DNA of 64,000 nt from a virus (IMGVR_UViG_3300027747_001395), one strand, 5' to 3'. Counted from the stretch's first letter, positions 9,356 through 19,368 are shown. The notes: generated from the letters alone by a model not told the origin. Program-made: numbers and translations.

Positions 9356-10413
9356 AACTTGCTTTGGTTACAGATCAGCATTTTGGTGCTCGAGGTGATA
9401 ATCTTGCATTTGCAGACTATTTTGCTAAGTTCTATACTGAATGTTTCTTTCCTTATCTAAAGGAACACAAGATTGATACTATTATAGATCTTGGGGATAC
9501 ATTTGATAGACGTAAGTATATCAATTTTAATACTCTTGCTCTATGTAGAAAATACTGGTTTGATCAAATTGAGAGAAACAAACTTAATTTACATATTATA
9601 GTGGGAAACCACTGCACTTTCTTCAAAAATACAAATGATGTAAATTCACCAGATCTTCTTCTTAAAGAATATAAAATGATCAAGGCATATAGTTCACCCG
9701 AAACTGTAAAGTTTGATAATACTGATATTTCATTCATTCCTTGGATTTGCTCTGGTAACTTTGAGGAATCAATGAAGTTCCTTGAAGATACTAAGTCGCA
9801 AATTGTGATGGGTCATCTTGAGTTGGCTGGGTTTGAAATGTATCGTGGATCAATAAATGATCACGGTTTCAGTACACAGCCATTTGAGAAGTTTGACATA
9901 GTCATGTCAGGACATTTTCATCATAAATCATCTCGTGGTAATATTCACTATCTAGGTGCCCCTTACGAGATGACCTGGTCTGATTGGAACGATCCACGAG
10001 GCTTTCATATCTTCGATACTGACACAAGAGAGTTGACATATATTCAGAATCCGTATAAGATGTTTCATAAGATCCATTATGATGATTCGCTTGGAGTTAT
10101 GAATACGGTTTTGGATATTGATGCGGAAGCACTTCGTGGAACATATGTCAAGGTAATTATCCATAACAAACTCAATCCATATTGGTTCGATATGTACATC
10201 GACAAGATCGAAAAGGCTGGTGTGCTTGATCTTCAGGTAGTCGAAGATAATCTCAATCTAAATCTTGAAGATGACTCTGACATTATTGATGAAGCGGAAG
10301 ATACACTTACTATTCTCCGCAAGTTTAGTAGTAATATTGAAACTAAAGTTGACAAGAATAAACTAGATGCTTTCTTGTCTGATTTATATGCAGAAGCTCT
10401 AACTGTAGAGTAA
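9352..10413 (+). CDS. gp47: Recombination endonuclease subunit gp47 (Mre11/SbcD-like)
   Basis: TDQHFG, LGDTFDRR, GNH, GHLEL, SGHFH motifs. Confidence 0.96.
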   Translation: MKLALVTDQHFGARGDNLAFADYFAKFYTECFFPYLKEHKIDTIIDLGDTFDRRKYINFNTLALCRKYWFDQIERNKLNLHIIVGNHCTFFKNTNDVNSPDLLLKEYKMIKAYSSPETVKFDNTDISFIPWICSGNFEESMKFLEDTKSQIVMGHLELAGFEMYRGSINDHGFSTQPFEKFDIVMSGHFHHKSSRGNIHYLGAPYEMTWSDWNDPRGFHIFDTDTRELTYIQNPYKMFHKIHYDDSLGVMNTVLDIDAEALRGTYVKVIIHNKLNPYWFDMYIDKIEKAGVLDLQVVEDNLNLNLEDDSDIIDEAEDTLTILRKFSSNIETKVDKNKLDAFLSDLYAEALTVE

Positions 10414-10417
10414 AAAT

Positions 10418-10621
10418 ATGACGTTTGATAAATGGTTTAATGAAATAGAAAACTTTTCAACTCGTAATGAGCGATTCTTTGAAGAATTAGGGCAACGACC
10501 TTATGATAATCTAGAACAAGCAGATAAACGCATAATTGCTTGGCTTCAAGCAGCATATGAGGTTGGATATAAAGCTGGATATGATCTCAAAGTTTATGAA
10601 ATGATGGATGATCTTAAATGA
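10418..10621 (+). CDS. Hypothetical protein
   Basis: ORF coupled to gp46 (ATGA overlap). Confidence 0.6.
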   Translation: MTFDKWFNEIENFSTRNERFFEELGQRPYDNLEQADKRIIAWLQAAYEVGYKAGYDLKVYEMMDDLK

Positions 10622-12342
10622 TATTATTTAAAAAACTAAGATATATGAATCTGTTGTCTACTGGTAATCAGTTTACAGAGATTATTTTAAATAGATCAAA
10701 ATCAACTTTAATTGTTGGTGAAAATGGAGCTGGCAAGTCTTCATTAATTGATGCTCTGTCATTTGTACTATACGGAAAACCTTATCGGAACATCAATAAG
10801 CCTCAGCTTATTAATAGTATTACCTGTAAGGGAATGCTTGTTGAAGTTGAGTTCTCTGTTGGTAGAAAAGAGTATATGATCCGCCGCGGTATCAAACCTA
10901 ATATCTTTGAAGTATATCTAAATGACACTATGATTAATCAGAATTCTGATATTCGCGAGTATCAAGAAATGCTCGAGAAGACTATTCTAAAAATGAATCA
11001 CAAGTCATTTACTCAAATTGTAGTTCTTGGATCAGCTAACTATGTTCCATTCATGCAACTATCGGCTGGTGAACGAAGAGCTGTTATTGAAGATCTACTT
11101 GACATTCAGATCTTTTCTGTCATGAATACTTTGCTTCGTGACAAGATTACACTAAATAAGACCGCTATTCGTGATGCCGATTATCAGATTGAACTGATTG
11201 AACAAAAGATTGAAATGCAACGAAAGCATATTGACTCTCTGAAGAATAATAATGAATCACTAGTTCAGTCTAAACAGGCTTTACTTGATGATCTTGACTC
11301 AAAGATTAGTCAGACTGAATCCGAGACAAGTTTGCTTTCAGATAAAATTGAAGAATTAAATTCTCTTATTGCAGATCAAGATAAGATTTCAAAGAAGAAA
11401 AGTAAGCTAATTGAACTTGAGTCTCAACTGGAAACAAAGATCAAAAATCTTAGACGAGAGATTAAGTTCTTCCATGATCACGACAATTGTCCAACATGTA
11501 AGCAGGGTATTGATCACGACTTCAAGAATAAAACTATTGAAACTCGTGATGGAAAGACTAAAGAGATTAATGAGGCATTAGTCACACTTGAACAAGAAAT
11601 TCAAAATGTAAATAGTCGTATTGATGAAATTACCAAAATTAATGCACAGATCACTTTTCTTAATTCTACTATATCCAATAACAATGCGGATATTCGTTCT
11701 TGGAATAATAGTGTCAAGACACTTACGGCTGAAATTAAATCAATCAGATCTAATACAACTCAGATTGATATTTCGGTAACTGAAATTCAGGAACATAAAG
11801 ATACTCTAACTAAAAGTATTAAAGATAAGTATAAACTAATTGATGAACGAGAACTTCTTGAGGTGTCATCCAGTTTACTTAAAGATACTGGAATTAAGAC
11901 TCGTATTATCCGTCAGTATGTTCCAATTATCAATAAGCTAGTAAATAAGTATCTGGCAGCACTTGACTTCTTTGTCAACTTTGAGCTTGATGAAAAGTTT
12001 ACAGAGACTATCAAGTCTAGATTCCGTGATGAGTTTTCTTATGCATCATTCTCTGAAGGGGAAAAATTTCGTATTGACGTATCTTTAATTCTTACCTGGA
12101 GAGCTATAGCAAAACTCAGAAATAGTGCTTCAACTAATCTTCTAATAATGGATGAAGTATTTGATTCATCTCTAGATGTCGGTGGTACAGAAGAATTTTT
12201 GAAAATTCTTGATACTATGGGTTCAGAGAATAATATTTTTGTTATATCTCATAAAGGATCTAACTTATTCGACAAATTTCATTCTGTAATTAAATTTGAA
12301 AAACATAGTAATTTTAGTAGAATATCAGATATTGCTTTTTAA
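10618..12342 (+). CDS. gp46: Recombination endonuclease subunit gp46 (Rad50/SbcC-like)
   Basis: Walker A GENGAGKS, CPTC hook, FSEGEK signature, MDEVFD Walker B, ISHK. Confidence 0.97.
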   Translation: MILFKKLRYMNLLSTGNQFTEIILNRSKSTLIVGENGAGKSSLIDALSFVLYGKPYRNINKPQLINSITCKGMLVEVEFSVGRKEYMIRRGIKPNIFEVYLNDTMINQNSDIREYQEMLEKTILKMNHKSFTQIVVLGSANYVPFMQLSAGERRAVIEDLLDIQIFSVMNTLLRDKITLNKTAIRDADYQIELIEQKIEMQRKHIDSLKNNNESLVQSKQALLDDLDSKISQTESETSLLSDKIEELNSLIADQDKISKKKSKLIELESQLETKIKNLRREIKFFHDHDNCPTCKQGIDHDFKNKTIETRDGKTKEINEALVTLEQEIQNVNSRIDEITKINAQITFLNSTISNNNADIRSWNNSVKTLTAEIKSIRSNTTQIDISVTEIQEHKDTLTKSIKDKYKLIDERELLEVSSSLLKDTGIKTRIIRQYVPIINKLVNKYLAALDFFVNFELDEKFTETIKSRFRDEFSYASFSEGEKFRIDVSLILTWRAIAKLRNSASTNLLIMDEVFDSSLDVGGTEEFLKILDTMGSENNIFVISHKGSNLFDKFHSVIKFEKHSNFSRISDIAF

Positions 12343-12375
12343 TTTCCACCCATTAGAATGAGAATGCTTTGGGTG

Positions 12376-12441
12376 TTTGATAAATTTCATTCTATTATCA
12401 AGTTTGAAAAGCACTCTAACTTTAGTAGGATAGCTGCTTGA
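12376..12441 (+). pseudogene. Orphan duplicate of the gp46 3' end (FDKFHSIIKFEKHSNFSRIAA*)
   Basis: Encodes a near-identical peptide to 12268-12342 with synonymous divergence. Confidence 0.85.
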
Positions 12442-12590
12442 CTTTAGATGACGAATATAAAAGACTATATACAGATACTATGCAACAGATACTAGAGCAT
12501 AGAGATCATGTTTATGAATGTCTTTTAATTAAACAGAAATTTGAAGTAGAAAAGAAATATTTACTTGACAAGTATTCAAAAAAGGGTTGA
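12438..12590 (+). CDS. 50-aa hypothetical protein (TTG start)
   Basis: AGGA RBS; TTG overlaps the orphan gp46 stop (TTGA). Confidence 0.5.
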   Translation: MTLDDEYKRLYTDTMQQILEHRDHVYECLLIKQKFEVEKKYLLDKYSKKG

Positions 12591-12615
12591 CATTTTTAGC
12601 TACATATAGTATAAT
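12587..12615 (+). promoter_or_regulatory. Early promoter, perfect sigma70 consensus
   Basis: TTGACA-17 bp-TATAAT. Confidence 0.9.
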
Positions 12616-12638
12616 GAATTATTAAGTAAGGAGAAATT

Positions 12639-13013
12639 ATGAGTAAATCAAAGAAAGATGCATTACCAGATACTTCACTTGATTTTGATGCATGCATTGG
12701 TAAGAAGGAAACTGAAGGACGTCCTGGTTCATTGGCTAACTTTCTTGGACTCAGTGATGTGCCAGACACAGTTGAGGAAGCCGAGAAGGAACATAACTAC
12801 CAGAATTGGCGCAAGCTCTGGAAGGGAATGCCTTCGTATGAATCTGAAAATCTTGAGGCTTCTAAGCAGTTAATCATTAACTTCAGATCTGAAGAGGATT
12901 TTCTTGAGTTTGGTAAGCTCATTGATCAGCCATTAACTCCAAAGACTAAGTCGGTCTGGCATCCTATCAAGGAACGAGATGAGAACTCTCTAAAGCGATG
13001 GATCGAAGAATGA
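12639..13013 (+). CDS. Hypothetical partner of TAGT-like glycosyltransferase
   Basis: WKGMPSY...IINFRSEEDF..F..LIDQPLTPKTKSVWHP; ATGA-coupled to the next gene. Confidence 0.6.
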   Translation: MSKSKKDALPDTSLDFDACIGKKETEGRPGSLANFLGLSDVPDTVEEAEKEHNYQNWRKLWKGMPSYESENLEASKQLIINFRSEEDFLEFGKLIDQPLTPKTKSVWHPIKERDENSLKRWIEE

Positions 13014-13921
13014 ACAAATTTCCATCCAAGACAAGCGAACAATATCAGTCAAAATATCCTCTCATTATTATCAGTAAGGGGCGCTGGGAAACTCGTCATA
13101 CAGCTAAGGCTTTTGAAAAGATGGGTGTTCGCTACTACATTGCAGTAGAGCCACAAGAAGCTGATAACTATCGAGCTGTTATTAATCCAAAATATGGAAC
13201 TGTACTAGAACTACCTTTCAGCAATCACGGTAAGGGATCTGGACCTGCTAGAAATTGGATCTGGGAATGGTCAATTGCACAAGGTTATGAACGGCACTGG
13301 TGTATCGACGATAACATCACCGAGTTCTGGCGCTTTCACAACAATGATCGAGTCCGTGTTGAGACAGGATCAATCTTTCGAGCTATGGAAGACTTTACAG
13401 ATCGGTTTGAGAATGTAGCTCTCGCTGGCCCACAGTATAAGTTCTTCTGTCCTGATAACTATCATCATCCACCCGTGCTTCAGAATACTCGGCTTATGTC
13501 TTGTATTCTCATTAAAAATGATTTGCCTTTCCGCTGGAGAGGTAAGTATAACGAGGACGTAGATCTATCACTTCGTTGTCTCAAGGCAGGTTACTGTACT
13601 TTTCTCTTCTATGCATTCTTGCAAGGAAAGCTTAGAACTGGTACGGTCAAAGGCGGAAACACCACTGAAATCTATGGTGACGGTACTTTTGAGAAATCAA
13701 AGATGCTTGTGAATCTCCATCCTGATTGTGTCAAGCTTGTTCAGCGCTATGGTCGTTGGCATCACGATGTTGACATGCGACCATTTAGAAATAATGAGCT
13801 TATCATTAAGCCAGATGCAGAATTTCCAGATGAGCCTAATGAGTATGGAATGAAATATGTCTATGGTTATGGTACTGACCAGGCAAAGATTATTGACACT
13901 CCAGTACCAAGGAAGCGATAA
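13010..13921 (+). CDS. GT-A fold glycosyltransferase, TAGT/GREB1-like
   Basis: IISKGR, GSGPARNWIW, WCIDDNI (DxD-like), YNEDVDLSLR, KGGNT. Confidence 0.7.
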   Translation: MNKFPSKTSEQYQSKYPLIIISKGRWETRHTAKAFEKMGVRYYIAVEPQEADNYRAVINPKYGTVLELPFSNHGKGSGPARNWIWEWSIAQGYERHWCIDDNITEFWRFHNNDRVRVETGSIFRAMEDFTDRFENVALAGPQYKFFCPDNYHHPPVLQNTRLMSCILIKNDLPFRWRGKYNEDVDLSLRCLKAGYCTFLFYAFLQGKLRTGTVKGGNTTEIYGDGTFEKSKMLVNLHPDCVKLVQRYGRWHHDVDMRPFRNNELIIKPDAEFPDEPNEYGMKYVYGYGTDQAKIIDTPVPRKR

Positions 13922-14142
13922 TGAAACCTTATCCCGCATTATGTCGCGATTGTAAATGGTCTCGCAAGGAAGACAATCGCGACTGGTACCTTAGATGTGT
14001 CAATCCTATTATTAATGCTAACGACTCATGGGCACTATCAAGAGGCAGCCGTGAGTATGGTTCTGATACACAACAAGAACGAGCAAAAACAAGTTGGTTT
14101 GCAAAGTGTGGCATGAAAGGTAAACTATGGGAGCCCAAATGA
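13921..14142 (+). CDS. Small Cys-rich hypothetical protein
   Basis: CRDC...C...CG..GKLWE. Confidence 0.55.
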   Translation: MKPYPALCRDCKWSRKEDNRDWYLRCVNPIINANDSWALSRGSREYGSDTQQERAKTSWFAKCGMKGKLWEPK

Positions 14143-14987
14143 AGATTCTTGTAACTGGTGGTGCTGGGTTTGTCGGTTCTCACCTATGTGAACGACTAGT
14201 AAGTCTCGGACATGAAGTAGTTTCTCTTGATAACTATTTTACAGGATCAGTAGATAATCATATCGCTGGAGTCGTGTATATTACCGGTTCTACTGTAGAT
14301 ATAAATCATATCCTTGGAGATTATATTCCAGATCTTGTCTATCACTTGGGTGAATATTCTCGTGTAGAACAAAGCTTTGATGATATGGATCTGGTCTTTG
14401 AATATAACAAGATTGGCACATATCAAGTTCTTGAATTTGTGAAAAAGACTGGTGCTAAATTAGTCTATGCAGGTTCAAGTACTAAATTTGTTGATGAAGA
14501 AGATTATACCCAAAGTCCATATGCATGGTCTAAAGCATCAAATACAGAACTAGTCATGAAATATGCTGAATGGTTTGGCATTAATTATGCTATTACTTAC
14601 TTCTATAATGTTTATGGACCAAGAGAAATTTCTCAGGGTCACTATTCAACTCTAATTGCTAAATTTGCAGATCGAGTGCGAAATGGTCTGCCACTTGAGG
14701 TAGTAAGACCAGGTATTCAGACTAGAAACTTTACTCATGTAGATGATATTGTTGATGCTCTAATTCTTGTTGGTGAGCATGGATCTGGTGATGAGTATGG
14801 AATCGGTCATCCAGAACCATACAGCGTTCTTCAGGTAGCACATATGTTTGAGCCAACTGCGATTGATTTTCTTCCGTATCGTAAGGGTAACCGAATGTCG
14901 TCTCCAGTTATATCTGATAAGACTAGAGCATTAGGTTGGAAACCAAAGCGTAATCTTGAGGATTATATTAAAGGTTTGTATGATTAA
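14139..14987 (+). CDS. NAD-dependent nucleotide-sugar epimerase/dehydratase (extended SDR)
   Basis: TGGAGFVG, DNYFTG, YAWSK (YxxxK), YNVYGP, RNFTHVDD. Confidence 0.93.
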   Translation: MKILVTGGAGFVGSHLCERLVSLGHEVVSLDNYFTGSVDNHIAGVVYITGSTVDINHILGDYIPDLVYHLGEYSRVEQSFDDMDLVFEYNKIGTYQVLEFVKKTGAKLVYAGSSTKFVDEEDYTQSPYAWSKASNTELVMKYAEWFGINYAITYFYNVYGPREISQGHYSTLIAKFADRVRNGLPLEVVRPGIQTRNFTHVDDIVDALILVGEHGSGDEYGIGHPEPYSVLQVAHMFEPTAIDFLPYRKGNRMSSPVISDKTRALGWKPKRNLEDYIKGLYD

Positions 14988-15456
14988 TAAATGGTCAGAA
15001 AGATTTTTAAATATTGCTAAAGAAGTATCAACTTGGTCTATCGATCCTTCTACTAAGATTGGAGCGGTAATTGTAAATAATGATAAAAGAATATTAGTAA
15101 CTGGCTATAATGGCTTTCCCAGAGGTATTGATGATTCTGAAGAAAGACTCAATGTCAAGGAAGAAAAGTATAAATATGTAGTCCATGGTGAAATGAATTG
15201 CATATATAATGCATGTATCAATGGATTAAGTCTAAATGAAACTACATTATATGTTTCTGGACTCCCAGTATGCTCAGAATGTGCCAAAGGTATTATTCAA
15301 GTAGGCATCAAAACTGTAGTTACTCAATATGATAACACAGACATAAATCCAAAATGGGCTACTTCCAATCTACTTACTCAACAACTATTTTCTGAAGCAA
15401 ATGTCGCTTACTTACAGTACGACAAATTTGGTGAACTTATATTATGCGACATCTAA
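14980..15456 (+). CDS. cd: dCMP deaminase
   Basis: KIGAVIV, GYNGFPRG, HGEMNC, PVCSEC. Confidence 0.92.
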   Translation: MINKWSERFLNIAKEVSTWSIDPSTKIGAVIVNNDKRILVTGYNGFPRGIDDSEERLNVKEEKYKYVVHGEMNCIYNACINGLSLNETTLYVSGLPVCSECAKGIIQVGIKTVVTQYDNTDINPKWATSNLLTQQLFSEANVAYLQYDKFGELILCDI

Positions 15457-16061
15457 TTTTTGATATGGAAACTATGGGTACAAATACAACTGATTGTGCC
15501 GTTCTTGATTGCTCTATGTTTATCTATGATGATGAACAATTTCTAAGCAATCCATATGATTTAGATACTGTCAAGTTAATCAAAACATTAAAGCCTTCCG
15601 TCAAGGATCAGGTTTCTAATTACAAGTATAAAGTTTATGCTGATACTGTAAAGTTTTGGTCAGAACAGAGTAGGGAAGTACGAGATCGAATTAAGCCAAT
15701 GTCTACTGATCTTACATTGGAAGATTTTGTAGATCAATTCATCAAGTATGTTTCTGGTCCTAAAATTCAGTACTGGTGGTCAAGATCAAATTCATTTGAT
15801 CCGGTTATTCTTTGGAGACTAGCAGATTCTGTAGGTCGCTTGGATGAACTTAACAAGCTTCTACCTCACTGGAAGTTGAGAGATACTCGAACATATATTG
15901 ATGCAAAACTTAGATTCCCTAAAAAGAATTCATTTACTCCTATCAAGGATGAAAAGCTTTGGGAAGCAGAATTTAAACTACATAACAGCGCTTGGGATAT
16001 TTTGGCAGATATTCTAAGGTTTCAAGCTATTGCCAGAATTGAAAACGATTTGGAGATGTGA
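15444..16061 (+). CDS. dexA: 3'-5' exonuclease, DexA-like (DEDDh)
   Basis: IFDMETMG, WSRSNSFDPVIL, RDTRT, HNSAWD. Confidence 0.78.
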   Translation: MRHLIFDMETMGTNTTDCAVLDCSMFIYDDEQFLSNPYDLDTVKLIKTLKPSVKDQVSNYKYKVYADTVKFWSEQSREVRDRIKPMSTDLTLEDFVDQFIKYVSGPKIQYWWSRSNSFDPVILWRLADSVGRLDELNKLLPHWKLRDTRTYIDAKLRFPKKNSFTPIKDEKLWEAEFKLHNSAWDILADILRFQAIARIENDLEM

Positions 16062-16062
16062 T

Positions 16063-16416
16063 ATGATTTATAATGAAGCTTTATGTTATAAGAATAAAGA
16101 AGATGAGTCTGAAATTTGTTCAGACAAACAAGATATTCAGTATAAATATAATGAAGGCAAACTCCTTCAAGAAATCACAGACTATGTTAATGCAACATAC
16201 GGTGAACACTATTCCCAAAATAGATATCAGGCCACTGAGTTTATAGTAGATGGCGGCCATGGCATTGGATTTACCATTGGTAATATCTTAAAGTATGCTC
16301 AGCGATATGGTCGTAAGGGAACCCCCGAAGATTGGAGAAAAGATTTAATGAAGGTTATTCATTATGCAATTATTGCACTACACGTGCATGATCTTGAAAC
16401 TAAGGATAAAGTATGA
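16063..16416 (+). CDS. DUF3310-like protein (T7 gp1.7 nucleotide-kinase-like)
   Basis: HYS...GFTIGNILKYAQRYGRKG..DLMKVIHYA. Confidence 0.7.
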   Translation: MIYNEALCYKNKEDESEICSDKQDIQYKYNEGKLLQEITDYVNATYGEHYSQNRYQATEFIVDGGHGIGFTIGNILKYAQRYGRKGTPEDWRKDLMKVIHYAIIALHVHDLETKDKV

Positions 16417-16766
16417 CAATTAAATACTCTGAAATGATTTCAGCACTAGTAAAGCCAGGTGCTGTTATTCAAAATAGTTTAACACCAGATTCTATTAATC
16501 TCTGGCATATGGCAACAGGTGTTTCTGGTGAAGCCGGTGAATTACTAGATGCTGTTAAAAAACATGTAATCTATAATAAGACACTAGATGTAGTTAATGT
16601 AATTGAAGAACTAGGTGATCTTGAGTTCTACATGGAAGGACTTCGTCAAGTACTTAATATTACCAGAGAAGAAACAATCCAAAAGAATATTGAAAAGCTT
16701 TCAGTTCGTTACCACGGGCTGACTTATAGTGACCAAAAAGCTCAAGATCGAGCAGACAAGAAGTAA
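16413..16766 (+). CDS. MazG-like nucleotide pyrophosphohydrolase
   Basis: GVSGEAGELLDAVKK...EELGDLEFY, NIEKLSVRY. Confidence 0.85.
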   Translation: MTIKYSEMISALVKPGAVIQNSLTPDSINLWHMATGVSGEAGELLDAVKKHVIYNKTLDVVNVIEELGDLEFYMEGLRQVLNITREETIQKNIEKLSVRYHGLTYSDQKAQDRADKK

Positions 16767-16775
16767 GGAATTATT

Positions 16776-17645
16776 ATGTCAGGAATTGAAATTAAAGTAC
16801 CAATTGAGAAGTTAAGAGAACGAAAGCTTTTTGTAGCAGTTCCTATGTATGGCGGTAGCTGTATGGGTATGTTTACCAGATCAATTGCAGATCTTTCTGC
16901 ATTATGCACACATTATGGAATTCAAGTTAGATTCTACTTTCTGTTTAATGAAAGTCTAATTACACGTGCTAGAAATTATTGTGCAGATGAATTTTTGAGG
17001 TCAGGTGATACACATCTTATGTTCATTGACGCCGACATCGGTTTTAATGCACAAGATGTTATTGCTCTTCTAGCACTGTCGGATCACGAAGATCCTACAA
17101 ACGAGTATGATATCATTTGTGGTCCATATCCTAAGAAGTGCATCAGTTGGGAAAAGATTAAGACGGCTGTTGATAAGGGCTTTGCTGACGAGAATCCACA
17201 GAATCTTGAAAAGTATGTCGGTGATTATGTCTTTAATCCAGTACAAGGTAATGGATCCATTTCGCTTGGTCAACCGGTAGAAGTTCTTGAAGCAGGAACT
17301 GGCTTTATGATGATCCGCCGAGCAACATTCGAGAAGTTTGAAAAAGCTTATCCAGAACAGTTGTACACACCTGATCATATTCGTACCGAACACTTTGATG
17401 GTTCACGTCAGATTATGGCTTATTTTGATACTCCAATTTGCCCAGACACAAATCGTTATCTCTCGGAAGATTATATGTTCTGTCAATGGACTCGTAAAGC
17501 TGGTATGAAAGTTTGGTTCTGCCCATGGATGTCACTACAGCATGTTGGTATGATGGTCTTTGGCGGTTCACTTATAGATCTTGCTTCAATTGGTGCATCT
17601 GCCACTGCGGACCCAGCACTTCTTAAGAAGAATTTTAAGAAATGA
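16776..17645 (+). CDS. GT-A fold glycosyltransferase-like protein
   Basis: SLITRARN, HLMFIDADI (DxD), YPKK, GTGFMMIRR, YLSEDY, LQHVG. Confidence 0.75.
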   Translation: MSGIEIKVPIEKLRERKLFVAVPMYGGSCMGMFTRSIADLSALCTHYGIQVRFYFLFNESLITRARNYCADEFLRSGDTHLMFIDADIGFNAQDVIALLALSDHEDPTNEYDIICGPYPKKCISWEKIKTAVDKGFADENPQNLEKYVGDYVFNPVQGNGSISLGQPVEVLEAGTGFMMIRRATFEKFEKAYPEQLYTPDHIRTEHFDGSRQIMAYFDTPICPDTNRYLSEDYMFCQWTRKAGMKVWFCPWMSLQHVGMMVFGGSLIDLASIGASATADPALLKKNFKK

Positions 17646-17646
17646 G

Positions 17647-17675
17647 TTGACATTTTATCGTGTTTAATATATTAG
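17647..17675 (+). promoter_or_regulatory. Early promoter for gp45 operon
   Basis: TTGACATTTT with AT-rich -10 region. Confidence 0.7.
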
Positions 17676-17706
17676 TGATATATGCAATTTATTATGGAGC
17701 ATATTA

Positions 17707-18366
17707 ATGAAGTTTAATCAGCGTACCACACAAATTCTTAAGAACTTTTCGTCAATCAATCCGTCGATTCAGTTCAAGCCAGGTAAGACACTGTCTACTA
17801 TTTCTACTGGTAAGACCATTATGGCCAGAGCAAAGCTTGACCAGGACATTACCGGTACATTTGCCATTTATGATCTAAGTCGGTTCCTTGGAACTATTTC
17901 ACTTTTCTCTGATCCAGAGCTCAATGTTCAAGAAAAGTTTATGGAAATCCGTGAAGGCCAGCGTAAACTTAACTATACCTTTACAGCACCTGAGCTTATT
18001 GTGACTCCACCTGATAAGGAAATTAAGCTTCCTGATCCAGAAGTGAAGTTTACAATTGATGCAGTTGATCTTCAGGAAGTTATCAAGGCACTATCCGTTC
18101 TGTCTCTGCCAGAAATTGCTGTTGTTGGTGATGGTGAAACAATTACTGTACAAGCTATTGACAGTAAGAATCCATCAGGTGACGTTTATTCCGTCAAGGT
18201 TGGTGACACCAAAAATGCTTTCCGTATGATTATCCGTGCCGACAATCTCAAGCTACTACCTGGTTCATACGAAGTTGAAATTTCTGCTAAGGGCCTCTCT
18301 AAGTTTACTGGTGCTGAGGTGGAGTATTTTGTGGCTGTTGAGTCCAACTCGACTTTTGAAGGCTAA
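17707..18366 (+). CDS. gp45: Sliding clamp gp45
   Basis: ILKNFSSINPSI, FAIYDLSRFLG, YFVAVE. Confidence 0.96.
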   Translation: MKFNQRTTQILKNFSSINPSIQFKPGKTLSTISTGKTIMARAKLDQDITGTFAIYDLSRFLGTISLFSDPELNVQEKFMEIREGQRKLNYTFTAPELIVTPPDKEIKLPDPEVKFTIDAVDLQEVIKALSVLSLPEIAVVGDGETITVQAIDSKNPSGDVYSVKVGDTKNAFRMIIRADNLKLLPGSYEVEISAKGLSKFTGAEVEYFVAVESNSTFEG

Positions 18367-18386
18367 TCTTTCGGTGAAGTTACTAC

Positions 18387-18414
18387 TGGCGGGGTTTCGG
18401 CTCCGCCACCTTTT
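18387..18414 (+). terminator. GC-rich hairpin/terminator between gp45 and gp44
   Basis: TGGCGGGG-TTTCGG-CTCCGCCA then ccTTTT. Confidence 0.65.
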
Positions 18415-18417
18415 ATT

Positions 18418-19368
18418 ATGGAGACTATTATGCTTGAAGAATTCTTGTGGGTAGAGCGCTACAGGCCAGCCAAGATTGCAGATGCTATTCTGCCAGATAA
18501 TCTCAAAGCTACATTTCAAGAGTTTGTAAATCAGAAGAACATTCCAAATCTTATTTTAGCCGGCGGTGCTGGTGTAGGTAAGACAACTGTTGCTCGTGCT
18601 ATGCTTGAGGAACTCGAGTGTGACTATATTATTATAAATGGTTCGATGAATGGTAACATCGACACACTACGAAATGAGATCAAGAACTTTGCCTCGGCTG
18701 TTTCACTTTCCGGTGGCCGTAAGTACGTAATCCTTGACGAGGCAGATTATCTAAATGCCAACTCAACTCAACCAGCGCTTCGTAACTTTATGGAAGAGTT
18801 CTCAAAGAATTGTGGTTTCATTCTTACATGTAACTACAAGAATCGTATCATTGAACCACTTCATTCTCGTTGTTCAGTAATCGACTTTAAGATTACCAAG
18901 AAGGAACTACCTGAACTAGCCAAGCAGTTTATGCGCCGTGTATGCACAATTCTTACTACCGAGAATATTGAATTTGATAAGGCTGTAGTTGCAGAAGTAC
19001 TCAAGAAGCACTTTCCAGATTGGCGTCGAGTTCTAAATGAACTTCAGCGGTATTCAGCTACAGGCAAGATTGACTCGGGCATTCTTGTTAATCTTCAGGA
19101 AGTATCACTCAAGTCCTTAATGACTTTCCTCAAGGAACGTGATTATACTAATATGCGTAAGTGGGTTGCCGAGAATATTGACAATGATGCCAATGGTATG
19201 TATCGCATGATCTTTGATCAAGCAAGTCAATATGTAACAAAAGATACTATTCCAGCTATAGTTCTCATTCTTGGTAAGTATCAATACCAGCATGCATTTG
19301 CTGCCGATCAAGAGATTAACCTAGTGTGTTGCTTGACAGAGATTATGATGGAGGGCACATGGAAATAG
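18418..19368 (+). CDS. gp44: Clamp loader large subunit gp44
   Basis: LWVERYRP, GGAGVGKTT, ILDEAD, QPALRNFMEEFS, PLHSRC. Confidence 0.97.
   Translation: METIMLEEFLWVERYRPAKIADAILPDNLKATFQEFVNQKNIPNLILAGGAGVGKTTVARAMLEELECDYIIINGSMNGNIDTLRNEIKNFASAVSLSGGRKYVILDEADYLNANSTQPALRNFMEEFSKNCGFILTCNYKNRIIEPLHSRCSVIDFKITKKELPELAKQFMRRVCTILTTENIEFDKAVVAEVLKKHFPDWRRVLNELQRYSATGKIDSGILVNLQEVSLKSLMTFLKERDYTNMRKWVAENIDNDANGMYRMIFDQASQYVTKDTIPAIVLILGKYQYQHAFAADQEINLVCCLTEIMMEGTWK

Noticed and set aside
15169-16148. TATAAATA at 15169 and 16141
   Set aside because: Both lie inside coding sequence as Tyr-Lys-Tyr codons in an early operon, with no late gene logic. Probably chance matches.
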